Shown piece by piece: positions 31,061-40,127 of a stretch of 64,000 nucleotides of DNA. The translations under genes and the position numbers were made by a program. The stretch lies in assembly GCA_039030515.1 (NCBI GenBank), contig JBCCEA010000001.1:96001-160000 (forward strand), read 5' to 3'. Position 1 is the first letter of the stretch. Every line of letters starts with the position of its first letter. The notes under the pieces are model-generated. The model was given only the letters and a program-made list of their open reading frames with translations, had not been told where the DNA came from and did no database searches. This DNA is from Myxococcota bacterium (lineage in GTDB: Bacteria > Myxococcota_A > Polyangia > Polyangiales > Houyiibacteriaceae).

Positions 31061-32243
31061 GCGATTCCAGGTGAATCAGTTGCAAGCTGACTGCCTCAGT
31101 ACTGTCGTCGATTTGGCATCCAATAATTTTTGCAGCTCCTGAAGTTGCTAAAAAGCAGCTGTCCGAAGAAATTCCCAGCTCGACTGCTCTCCCGTCGTCT
31201 CCAGGTACGATTTGAGAGCGTTGGTGATCTCCGAACGCTTCCAATGTTTCTGCGGTTACAGTGCAGATGATCGGTTGGTACCGCTGAGCCACTGAGGGGT
31301 GGAATAGGTTTTCGGCGCCAGCACCGCTAGGGTCCGTCGTGCACGCGGTAAGAATTCGGCTCAGGCTCGAAGTGAGCGCAAGGCGGCTGTGGCTCTCCTC
31401 GATCGATGCGATTCCTCGTGACCCTAAGACCCAAAGAGCGACGGCGCTCAGTAGGCAAAGGCCAAGGCAGCCGAAGCCTACGCCGAGTAGAATCTTAATC
31501 TTCCCCTGATCGCTGCCGGACCGACCGTCGGACGGTGGAAGGTCTGCCGCGCTAGAGCTGTGTAGTAAGCTGGTCGGCGGCTCGAAACCTGGAGCGTTTC
31601 GGTTGACGGACTGTTCTGCGACAACCTTGTCTCTAGGTGGCGATGTAGCCAGACTTTCGTGCGCTAGGAGGGGCGTGCCCGAGGACATTGAGGCATCAGC
31701 AGTGTGAGATGGATCGGCATTCGATGATCCGGTTTGTGCAGCAGGTTCAACTTCTGCAACGGCTGAGGAGGGTATCGCCGACAGCGGCTCATCGGCCCTG
31801 CTCGGCTCATCGGCCCTGCTCGGCTCATCGGCCCTGCTCGGCTCATCGGCTCCGCCTGCCGCATTTGAAGGAGGTTCCGGTGCAATCATCGGCCCGAGCA
31901 TGGTTTGCTGAAAGGCGATGTCGCGCTTCTTCGAGGACGGTTGCGTCATGCCGCCGCTGGATGTTCCAGGGCCGAACGCCCCCGCAGCCGATGGAGACTC
32001 CTTAGGTGGTGTGCTCGTACCCGTCCCAAATGCTGTGCTCGCAGACGCGGTGGAATCGCCGCTCGCCTCGCCGATGGATGCCTTGTTCCCTGACGGTGCT
32101 GGCGGCACCTGCATGCCACTCATCATCATCGTTCCCTTGAACTTGGCCGATTTCTTGCTGCTTTTCAGCACCGTGTTGCAGGACACGCATCGTTCAGCTT
32201 CGTCAGTATTGGGCGTACCACATTTGGGGCAAAAAACGGTCAC
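31044..32243 (-). CDS. Zinc-ribbon, low-complexity linker, single-TM protein with Cys-containing external domain
   Basis: GTG 32243 after GGAGGAG; FCPKCG...CVSC; FKGTMMM and FQQTMLG Thr-Met motifs; TM ILLGVGFGCLGLCLLSAVALWVL. Confidence 0.75.
   Translation of the reverse strand: MTVFCPKCGTPNTDEAERCVSCNTVLKSSKKSAKFKGTMMMSGMQVPPAPSGNKASIGEASGDSTASASTAFGTGTSTPPKESPSAAGAFGPGTSSGGMTQPSSKKRDIAFQQTMLGPMIAPEPPSNAAGGADEPSRADEPSRADEPSRADEPLSAIPSSAVAEVEPAAQTGSSNADPSHTADASMSSGTPLLAHESLATSPPRDKVVAEQSVNRNAPGFEPPTSLLHSSSAADLPPSDGRSGSDQGKIKILLGVGFGCLGLCLLSAVALWVLGSRGIASIEESHSRLALTSSLSRILTACTTDPSGAGAENLFHPSVAQRYQPIICTVTAETLEAFGDHQRSQIVPGDDGRAVELGISSDSCFLATSGAAKIIGCQIDDSTEAVSLQLIHLESPTEVR
31785..31850. repeat. 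18-bp in-frame tandem repeat (about 3.7 copies, ADEPSR)
   Basis: CGGCTCATCGGCCCTGCT at 31785, 31803, 31821, partial at 31839. Confidence 0.9.
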
Positions 32244-32408
32244 GGGTCTCCTCCGACCGCCAACCTGACGTGCCGTTTCTCTCGCCGGGAGCGTCACGGT
32301 TTGGGCGACGCGCCCTACGTTATCGTCTGAGCGCGCGCCTGGGAAGCCTTCTCGCATCGCTTCCTGCTTCGCGTTGGAATATTCCCCGAAGACCCCTCAA
32401 GGGATTCC

Positions 32409-32440
32409 TTGACAGACGCATCGACCGAGCCTAGCGTCTG
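32409..32440 (+). promoter_or_regulatory. sigma70-type promoter of nuoE with overlapping inverted repeat
   Basis: TTGACA-N17-TAGCGT; CAGACGC(32413-32419)/GCGTCTG(32434-32440). Confidence 0.6.
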
Positions 32441-32485
32441 CGCCGGCTCCTTCACACGATCATTCTTCAATCTTTAGTGTAATCG

Positions 32486-33037
32486 ATGCAACCCATGGCC
32501 TTTGCCCTGTCCCCAGCTCGGGAACAACAGATCGCCCTGCTCCTCGAACGATATCCGACAAAACGGGCTGCATGCCTCCCGGTCTTGTGGTTGTGTCAAA
32601 GGGAGCACGGATGGATTAGTCCTGAGGTGATTGTCTTCGTAGCGGAGCGATTGGATTTGTCGACAGCGGTCGTCAAAGGCGTCGTCACCTTCTACACGAT
32701 GTTTTTCGAGCACCCGGTTGCTCCGAACGTAGTGTGGGTATGTCGCACACTCTCATGCGAGCTCAGGGGAGCGAAAGCCATCCAGGAACACCTTGAAAAC
32801 CGTCTTAAGTGTAAAGTCGGGGGGACAAGTGAAGATGGCAAATTCACCTTGCTCAAGGCGGAATGCCTGGCTGCGTGCGGCCAAGCCCCGATGATTCAAA
32901 TCAACGACAAGTATTTCGAGAATCTCAGTCTTCAAGAGCTTGACGACATTATCGACAGCGTGGAACGCGAGACCGAGCTTCCAACTGCGTCGCTAGCGAA
33001 CGAGACTCCCGCTCAGAATCACGGAGCTTCTCCATAG
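32486..33037 (+). CDS. nuoE: NADH-quinone oxidoreductase subunit E
   Basis: GVVTFYTMF, VCRTLSC, ECLAACGQAP (N1a 2Fe-2S ligands). Confidence 0.95.
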   Translation: MQPMAFALSPAREQQIALLLERYPTKRAACLPVLWLCQREHGWISPEVIVFVAERLDLSTAVVKGVVTFYTMFFEHPVAPNVVWVCRTLSCELRGAKAIQEHLENRLKCKVGGTSEDGKFTLLKAECLAACGQAPMIQINDKYFENLSLQELDDIIDSVERETELPTASLANETPAQNHGASP

Positions 33038-33075
33038 ACCCACGACTACGGTCGATAAACTCGAAGGGACATGCT

Positions 33076-34452
33076 GTGGATGACTTCAAGCCAATTTTAA
33101 CAGCCCGTTACGGTGTTGAGAACAATCAGGCGATTTCGGTTGCGGAGCAACACGGGGTTTACTCCGTTGCGCGTCGTGCTTTGACCGAGATGACGCCAGG
33201 GCAAATATTGGAGCAGGTCAAGGCTGCTTCGATTCGAGGTCGAGGTGGCGCCGGATTCCCCGCGGGCGTGAAATGGGGTTTTCTCAGACCGCAGGAGGGC
33301 CAGTCGGTCTATCTGGTGCTCAATGGCGATGAATCTGAGCCCGGAACCTTCAAGGATCGCACCTTGATGACCCGAGATCCCCACCGTCTCATCGAAGGTA
33401 TCCTCTGCTCTTGCTACGCGATCGGTGCACACACTGCATACATCTACGTGCGCGGTGAACTCGCTGCAGCCATCGATGTCCTCGAAGCAGCCCTGAAAGA
33501 AGCTCGCGCCGCCGGATATGTTGGCGCACGTCCTTTCGGTCAGGACTTCCCTATCGAAGTGTGGACACATAGCGGAGCTGGGGCGTACATCTGCGGTGAA
33601 GAGACTGCGCTCCTAAACTCGCTCGAAGGTCGCCGAGGAGAGCCTCGCTACAAACCTCCGTTTCCAGCCAATAAGGGAGTTTTCGGTCAGCCGACCATAG
33701 TGAACAACATCGAGACCATTCAGTCGGTGCCCGACATCCTAGACATGGGGGGTGACGCATGGGCCAGTCTTTCACGACTCGAACGTGACGGGGGGACAAG
33801 GCTGTACGGGATTAGCGGTCACGTCAAAAAGCCGGGTGTGTACGAGGCTCCGGTCGGTATTACGATGCGAGAGCTCATTTACGGTCTTGGTGGCGGCATG
33901 CTTCATGACGATCGCGCGCTCAAGGCCGTGATTCCCGGAGGCTCATCAACGCCCGTTTTGAGGCCCGACCGAAAGGTGCGAGCAAACAAAAAGGACCATC
34001 CGCTTCACCAGTGGCACGGGCTAAGTGAGATTGACGTTCCTATGGGGGTTGATACCTATCGTGCTCTCGGCACCATGTTAGGAACGACCTGTGCCATCGT
34101 GATGGATGAGAGCGTGAGCATGGTGGAAGCCTGCCGAAACTTGATGCGCTTCTACAAGCACGAGTCGTGCGGCCAGTGCACACCATGCAGGGAAGGTGGG
34201 GGCTGGCTTGTCGACGTGCTCGATGGTTTGTGCTCCGGGACAAACCGACCCGAGGACGTGGAGTTGCTGGTGGATATCGCCAACAACATGATGGGTAATA
34301 CCATCTGCGCCTTTGCTGAAGGAACCGCCATGCCACTGCTGGGCTTCGTTCGTCAGTTCCCTGAAGAGTTTTCCGCTGCTGCCCAGTCTGGATTGCCTAA
34401 ATCGACTCGGCTTGATGACAGCACGAGAGCACTTCTTGGGAGTGCAGCGTGA
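33076..34452 (+). CDS. nuoF: NADH-quinone oxidoreductase subunit F
   Basis: RGRGGAGFP, DESEPGTFKDR, GAYICGEETAL, HESCGQCTPCREG, NTICAF. Confidence 0.96.
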   Translation: MDDFKPILTARYGVENNQAISVAEQHGVYSVARRALTEMTPGQILEQVKAASIRGRGGAGFPAGVKWGFLRPQEGQSVYLVLNGDESEPGTFKDRTLMTRDPHRLIEGILCSCYAIGAHTAYIYVRGELAAAIDVLEAALKEARAAGYVGARPFGQDFPIEVWTHSGAGAYICGEETALLNSLEGRRGEPRYKPPFPANKGVFGQPTIVNNIETIQSVPDILDMGGDAWASLSRLERDGGTRLYGISGHVKKPGVYEAPVGITMRELIYGLGGGMLHDDRALKAVIPGGSSTPVLRPDRKVRANKKDHPLHQWHGLSEIDVPMGVDTYRALGTMLGTTCAIVMDESVSMVEACRNLMRFYKHESCGQCTPCREGGGWLVDVLDGLCSGTNRPEDVELLVDIANNMMGNTICAFAEGTAMPLLGFVRQFPEEFSAAAQSGLPKSTRLDDSTRALLGSAA

Positions 34453-35087
34453 GCATCTCAGCAAGCGCGCTCTTTTGGTTTAGTTCCGTACTCGCAGTCG
34501 TCGGTGCAATTTGGACCGTAGCAGCCTCTAGACCTCTCAGAGCCTGTATGGGCCTTCTCACCCACATCCTCTCGTTGGCTGCCCTTTACCTGACGCTTCA
34601 GGCGGAAATGCTAGCTGCAATCCAGCTTCTCGTATACGCCGGAGCCGTGGTTGTGCTGTTCATATTCGTCATCATGCTGATCGGGCCCTCCGCCGGCACC
34701 GTTCCGTTTGAAGATGGCACCTCCTTTGGTTTGAATCGACTCGTGCTCCGAAGCTTGGCTGGGACCCTTGCGGCAATGGCGTTTTTGCCGATCCTCATGG
34801 CGGTGACCACGTATGACCCCGCTCCACCATCTGTAGAGCTCTGTAGAACGACTGACTGCGTCGACCTCGGCTCGGTGGATGGTGTGGGTCAAGCGCTTTT
34901 TACAAACGCGATCATTCCGTTTTTGGTAGTAGCGCTCACCCTAACGGTTGCGGTGGTAGGCGCCTTGGCCATGGCGCGAGGGCGAACTCCCGAAGAAATC
35001 ACTGAAGCAAAGCGCAGAAGAGCAGAGAGGGAGGCACGCGCAGCACGCGGCCAAGGTAAGACTTCAGTGGCAGAAGTTGTCGCGTAG
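34449..35087 (+). CDS. nuoJ: NADH-quinone oxidoreductase subunit J
   Basis: AIQLLVYAGAVVVLFIFVIML; five hydrophobic segments; overlaps nuoF stop. Confidence 0.92.
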   Translation: MSISASALFWFSSVLAVVGAIWTVAASRPLRACMGLLTHILSLAALYLTLQAEMLAAIQLLVYAGAVVVLFIFVIMLIGPSAGTVPFEDGTSFGLNRLVLRSLAGTLAAMAFLPILMAVTTYDPAPPSVELCRTTDCVDLGSVDGVGQALFTNAIIPFLVVALTLTVAVVGALAMARGRTPEEITEAKRRRAEREARAARGQGKTSVAEVVA

Positions 35088-35355
35088 GGGAGGCAGAAGT
35101 CGTCGCAAAGCGCTCCTTGGAAACCATGGCACAACACCACGGCCAAGGTGCGCTAAAGTTTTATCAAGCAGCGCGAAAATACATCGATGCCGCGAGGCTT
35201 GCTCGTATTCATCGGTTGACCTAGTCGTTGATTTTGTGCACTAAAGGCGCTGATTCTCAGCAAGAGCGAGCTTAGTTACAGCGGGTTCTCTTAAGCGCGC
35301 TTCGCCCCTGAGAGTTCGCGCATCGTTCCTCAAGAAGATAACGGAGCAGTGAAAG

Positions 35356-35679
35356 GTGGAAATCGGTCTCGGTGAATACATCGGCCTCTCGTGCATCCTG
35401 TTCGGGATTGGTACGGTGGGATTTCTTATCCGTCGCAATATCCTCGTTCAGCTCATGAGTATCGAACTCATGCTCAATGCGGTGAATGTTGCGCTGGTCA
35501 GTTTCAACCGCTGGCATCCGGGCACACTGGGCGATTTTGACCATTCTGGTCAGGTGTTCGCCTTTTTCGTGATCGCGGTGGCTGCGGCGGAGGCCGCGGT
35601 AGGCTTGGCCATCGTCCTAAGTCTCTTCCGACTTAAAAAGAGTGTGGCGAGCGATCTGGTCGATCAGCTCAGATACTAA
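35356..35679 (+). CDS. nuoK: NADH-quinone oxidoreductase subunit K
   Basis: RRNIL..LMSIELMLNAVN, GQVF, AAAEAAVGLAI. Confidence 0.96.
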   Translation: MEIGLGEYIGLSCILFGIGTVGFLIRRNILVQLMSIELMLNAVNVALVSFNRWHPGTLGDFDHSGQVFAFFVIAVAAAEAAVGLAIVLSLFRLKKSVASDLVDQLRY

Positions 35680-35703
35680 ACCCTAAAGGAATCGACGGCA
35701 GAG

Positions 35704-38511
35704 ATGGAACTCGGCTTTGACGCATCGCGCAGTTTACTCTGGATAGTTTTGCTTCCCCTTGCCGGGGCGGTCATCAACGGCATTTTTGGTCGCTTTGCGG
35801 AACGTCGACTGGTAAGCGCCGTCGCGCTAGGTTCGGTGGCCGGCGCCTTTTTGCTGGCGTTGTTCGCCTTTTCCCGACTGGTGCTCGCAAGGGTCGGAGG
35901 AGAAGAGGGCGCTCGCATCGCGTATACGGCATACGAGTGGTTTTCGCTCACGCTCCCCGCAAATCCCGCAGCGGGGCAGTCTAGCGTTGCAATACCCATT
36001 CATATTCGCTTCGTGATGGATTCGCTTTCCGGAGTGATGACTTTAGTCATCACGGGCATTGGCCTACTGATCCATCTCTACAGCGTCGGCTACATGAGCG
36101 AAGACAAAGGGCTTGCGCGTTTCTTCGCATACCTAAATCTCTTCATGGCCTCGATGCTGATCTTGGTGCTCGCCAGCAACGTGCCCCTTATGTTTGTTGG
36201 CTGGGAGGGGGTTGGACTTTGTTCCTACCTGTTGATTGGATTTTGGTTCGACACACCGGCGTACGCAGCGGCAGGTCGTAAGGCTTTTGTCGTCAATCGA
36301 ATCGGCGACTTTGGGGTGCTGCTGGGCATGTTTGTCTTGGCTGGATTTGTCGCGGTTCAGTTCTCGGGATCCTCACCGACAACGGTAGCTGCGTTCGAGT
36401 TTGAAGTAATCAACCAGGCTGCGTCCCGCATGCACACTGCTCTGCCCTTCACCGTGTTTGGGATCGGTGGTTCGGTAGCCACGGTAGCCGGTCTTTTCCT
36501 TTTTCTTGGATGCACCGGTAAAAGTGCTCAATTGCCGCTCTACGTGTGGCTCCCCGACGCGATGGCGGGCCCGACTCCGGTTTCTGCGCTCATCCACGCT
36601 GCAACTATGGTCACGGCCGGTGTCTACCTGTGCTGTCGGTTGTCTCCGGTCTTTCTACAAAGCTCGACCGTGCTTGCGACGATCGCCATTGTTGGCTCAC
36701 TTACCGCACTCATGGCTGCAACCATTGCGGTTGTCCAGACCGATATGAAGAAGATTTTGGCGTACTCCACGGTAAGTCAACTCGGGTTTATGTTTGCAGC
36801 CGTAGGTGTGGGCGCGTTCGGAGCTGCGATTTTTCACGTTTTTACCCATGCGTTCTTCAAAGCGTGTCTCTTTCTCGGCGCTGGTTCCGTGATGCATTCG
36901 GTTGGCGCTCATGGTGACGCGGATGTGCGTAAACTGGGAGGGCTTAAGCACTACATGCCGACGACCCGCTGGACGTTCCTTCTGAGCTGTCTCGCGATCG
37001 CAGGCGTCCCGCTGACGAGCGGTTTCTTTTCGAAAGATGCGATCTTACACGGTGCGCTCACGATGACCCTGGTGCCTGGAGGTGGCTTGCTCGTTGGCGG
37101 CCTGGTCTTTGCCCTTTTGGCGGTCGCCGCGACGCTAACCGCGTTCTACATGTTTCGTCTCTATTTCCTGACGTTCGAGGGGTCGTACCGGAGCGCGGAA
37201 GCAGAATCCGAAGCGCATCACTCTGACCACCACCACGATGGCGAGGCCCATGCCTACGACCCCCATCCTCACGAGTCGCCGATGACGATGACGATTCCGC
37301 TGATGGTGCTCGGTGTGGGCGCAGTTGTGGTCGGCTATCTGAACCTCGATCCGCTGGTGCATCTTGTGACCCACGACCTTCACTTGAACTACTGGGAACA
37401 CTGGCTGGATCCCGCGGTGGCAAATCTGAGTGCGGCATCCCTCCCTGGCGTAGACCACGAGCCCACATGGTTCGGTTATTTGGCTGCAGGAGTCGGTACC
37501 TTGGCCATGATCACCGGAGTGTATACGTCTTACCGCTTCTACATCATCGGTGGAGGAGCACCTGCCGAAAAAATTGCGTCTTTAGTGCCCAGACTGCACC
37601 GCTTCCTATTCGAAAAATGGCGCGTAGACGAGTTTTACGGATTTGTCATCGTTCGGCCCATGAAAGAGCTCGCCAAGGTCGCTGGCTCGATGGATCTCAC
37701 TTTCGTAGACGGGGTCTTAACCAAGCTCAGCAGTTCAAGCGTCAGACTCCTAGGCTGGCTGTCCGTGAGGATTCAAAGCGGAGCTATCTACGTTTATGGG
37801 GCGTTTATGGCGCTCGGGATTGTGTTTTTGACCTGGTGGTTCTTGCAGCCGCACCCACAGCTCTTGGTCACTTCGCAGCAACGTTCTGCTCGTTTCGAGG
37901 TCAGTCCCGGTGCCGGCTACGAGTACCGCTGGGATATCAATTCCGACGGCGTTTATGAAACGGGTTGGAACAACGACAAGCTTGCGGTCGAATATGAGTT
38001 CGGCGCTAAGGACCCGTTTCACCACGTGCTGGTACTCAGTCATCAGACCGTTCAGCCCGGCAGAGCAGGGCGAGGGCGGAGCGTCTCGGTGATGCGTCAA
38101 GATCTCGAGCACGGCGGAAGTTTCGTCTTGCCTGCAAGCGTTCTTCCGACTGGCTGGCAGCGTCGAGATGACTCCGGTGAAGTCCTGGACGGTCCAACTC
38201 CTGCTTTTGAGATCGACGGTTCCGGTGTGCTTCGAGTCCTGCCGAACTCGGCCCAGCTCCGCGTCAATGGTCGACCGGTTACGGAGAAAACCATGTTGGA
38301 TCCGGGTTCAACGCTCACCGTGGGTTCGCTAGTCATTCAGGTTGCCATGAGGATCAGTGCCACGGTTGAAGTTCGAAACGTCTACGGCAAGACGTCGTCC
38401 GCCCGCGCCGACGCGGATCTGGTGCTTCGCCGGCCTTTTCAGATTCCCAGGCAGCCGACGGTTTCGAAACTAACTCTGCCGGAATCGGCGAAAGGCTCGG
38501 AGTTGCAGTGA
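35704..38511 (+). CDS. nuoL: NADH-quinone oxidoreductase subunit L with ~220-aa C-terminal soluble extension
   Basis: GWEGVGLCSYLLIGFW, NRIGD, GKSAQLPLYVWLPDAMAGPTPVSALIHAATM, HAFFKA; extra domain after the last TM. Confidence 0.95.
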   Translation: MELGFDASRSLLWIVLLPLAGAVINGIFGRFAERRLVSAVALGSVAGAFLLALFAFSRLVLARVGGEEGARIAYTAYEWFSLTLPANPAAGQSSVAIPIHIRFVMDSLSGVMTLVITGIGLLIHLYSVGYMSEDKGLARFFAYLNLFMASMLILVLASNVPLMFVGWEGVGLCSYLLIGFWFDTPAYAAAGRKAFVVNRIGDFGVLLGMFVLAGFVAVQFSGSSPTTVAAFEFEVINQAASRMHTALPFTVFGIGGSVATVAGLFLFLGCTGKSAQLPLYVWLPDAMAGPTPVSALIHAATMVTAGVYLCCRLSPVFLQSSTVLATIAIVGSLTALMAATIAVVQTDMKKILAYSTVSQLGFMFAAVGVGAFGAAIFHVFTHAFFKACLFLGAGSVMHSVGAHGDADVRKLGGLKHYMPTTRWTFLLSCLAIAGVPLTSGFFSKDAILHGALTMTLVPGGGLLVGGLVFALLAVAATLTAFYMFRLYFLTFEGSYRSAEAESEAHHSDHHHDGEAHAYDPHPHESPMTMTIPLMVLGVGAVVVGYLNLDPLVHLVTHDLHLNYWEHWLDPAVANLSAASLPGVDHEPTWFGYLAAGVGTLAMITGVYTSYRFYIIGGGAPAEKIASLVPRLHRFLFEKWRVDEFYGFVIVRPMKELAKVAGSMDLTFVDGVLTKLSSSSVRLLGWLSVRIQSGAIYVYGAFMALGIVFLTWWFLQPHPQLLVTSQQRSARFEVSPGAGYEYRWDINSDGVYETGWNNDKLAVEYEFGAKDPFHHVLVLSHQTVQPGRAGRGRSVSVMRQDLEHGGSFVLPASVLPTGWQRRDDSGEVLDGPTPAFEIDGSGVLRVLPNSAQLRVNGRPVTEKTMLDPGSTLTVGSLVIQVAMRISATVEVRNVYGKTSSARADADLVLRRPFQIPRQPTVSKLTLPESAKGSELQ

Positions 38512-40127
38512 TGAACGATGCGCTACTGACATGGTTGGTGCTTCTGCCCTTGATCGGGGCGCTTATCGTAGGTTTTACCCCGCGACAGTGGGTAACGGGA
38601 ATACGAACGGTCAGCGTCGCCTGGATGCTGCTCACGTTCGCGGTTTCACTCACGCTGCTCACCGAGAACTTCGCTGAAGGGCCAGGCGCGGCCGACATGA
38701 AGTTTGTTCAACATCTCCCGTGGATCCCCTCATTGGGCATCTCCTACAAAGTTGGGGTGGACGGACTCTCACTCTGGTTGGTGCTCCTGACAACCGCACT
38801 CACCCCGATCTCGCTTTACGCTTCATGGACGAGTATCGATACGAAAATCAAAGAGTATGCGATCTGCTTTTTGGTCCTTGAAGCTGGAATGCTTGGCGCT
38901 TTTGTCGCGCTAGATGTCTTCCTCTACTACGTTTTTTGGGAATTAATGCTGGCGCCGATGTACTTCATCGTCGGTATCTGGGGCGGCAAAGATCGAGTCT
39001 ATGCCGCAGTAAAGTTCTTTTTGTACACGATGGTCGGCAGTCTTCTCATGCTGGTCGCCATCCTCTACCTCGTCTCCGTATACCATGAGCTTTCCATGGC
39101 GCAGGGACTTGCCGAGTCCTATTCTTTTGAGCTCTCGGAGCTTTCACGAGTGGTGTTGCCGTTCGAGGTTCAAGTCTGGCTTTTTGCAGCCTTCGTGCTC
39201 GCATTCGCCATCAAAGTTCCGATGTTTCCGTTTCATACTTGGCTCCCGGACGCTCACGTTCAGGCGCCTACCGGGGGATCGATCGCACTCGCCGCGGTGA
39301 TGCTCAAGCTCGGTACCTACGGGTTTCTGCGCTTTGCCATTCCATTATTTCCTCTAGCGGCGGTTCGCGTTGGCCCGTCGCTCGCGGTTCTTGCGGTTGT
39401 GGGCATTATCTACGGAGCCTACTGCGCCTGGGTGCAGCGCGATGTGAAGAAACTGGTCGCCTACAGCTCCGTGAGCCACATGGGGTTTGTGGCACTAGGT
39501 ATTTTTGCGCTCACCCAGCACGGCGTCAGCGGAGCCATTCTTCAAATGCTCAACCATGGCGTGTCTACGGGGGCGCTCTTCATTCTCGTGGGCGTCATCT
39601 ACGAGCGACGACACACCCGGGAGTTGGATGCTTTTGGGGGCCTCGCGCGCGTGATGCCCTGGTACACGCTCGTATTTGTGATCGTCACGATGAGTTCGAT
39701 AGGACTGCCCGGCACCAACGGGTTTGTCGGAGAGTTCATGATACTGAGCGGCACCTTCATGGCGGAAAGGCTGCAGCCGTGGTCCGCGACCTTTACTTTT
39801 TTTGCGGCCACCGGGGTTGTTTTAGCAGCCATCTACATGCTTCACGCTGTCCTGAGGATCTTCTGGGGGCCGGTGCGGCATGAGGTAAACAATGCCCTCG
39901 TCGATCTGACGTCTCGGGAGTGGCGAGTCTTGGCTCCACTCTTGGTGCTCATCTTTTGGGTCGGTTTCTACCCGGCTACCTTCCTCGACCGAATGAATCC
40001 TTCGGTTACGCGCTATCTCAACGAGGTCACAACACGGGCAACCGATCAGACGTTTGACGATACGCAGCGTTTGCTTCCGACGATCGACTCGGGGGCGATC
40101 GCACTGAGCGGAGAAAAAAACCAATGA
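38508..40127 (+). CDS. nuoM: NADH-quinone oxidoreductase subunit M
   Basis: GVDGLS, FWELMLAPMY, IKVPMFPFHTWLPDAH, AYSSVSHMG, GLPGTNGFVGE. Confidence 0.96.
   Translation: MMNDALLTWLVLLPLIGALIVGFTPRQWVTGIRTVSVAWMLLTFAVSLTLLTENFAEGPGAADMKFVQHLPWIPSLGISYKVGVDGLSLWLVLLTTALTPISLYASWTSIDTKIKEYAICFLVLEAGMLGAFVALDVFLYYVFWELMLAPMYFIVGIWGGKDRVYAAVKFFLYTMVGSLLMLVAILYLVSVYHELSMAQGLAESYSFELSELSRVVLPFEVQVWLFAAFVLAFAIKVPMFPFHTWLPDAHVQAPTGGSIALAAVMLKLGTYGFLRFAIPLFPLAAVRVGPSLAVLAVVGIIYGAYCAWVQRDVKKLVAYSSVSHMGFVALGIFALTQHGVSGAILQMLNHGVSTGALFILVGVIYERRHTRELDAFGGLARVMPWYTLVFVIVTMSSIGLPGTNGFVGEFMILSGTFMAERLQPWSATFTFFAATGVVLAAIYMLHAVLRIFWGPVRHEVNNALVDLTSREWRVLAPLLVLIFWVGFYPATFLDRMNPSVTRYLNEVTTRATDQTFDDTQRLLPTIDSGAIALSGEKNQ

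Noticed and set aside
37195..37280. His-rich loop in NuoL as a novel metal site
   Set aside because: His-rich loops before the HESP motif are common in NuoL
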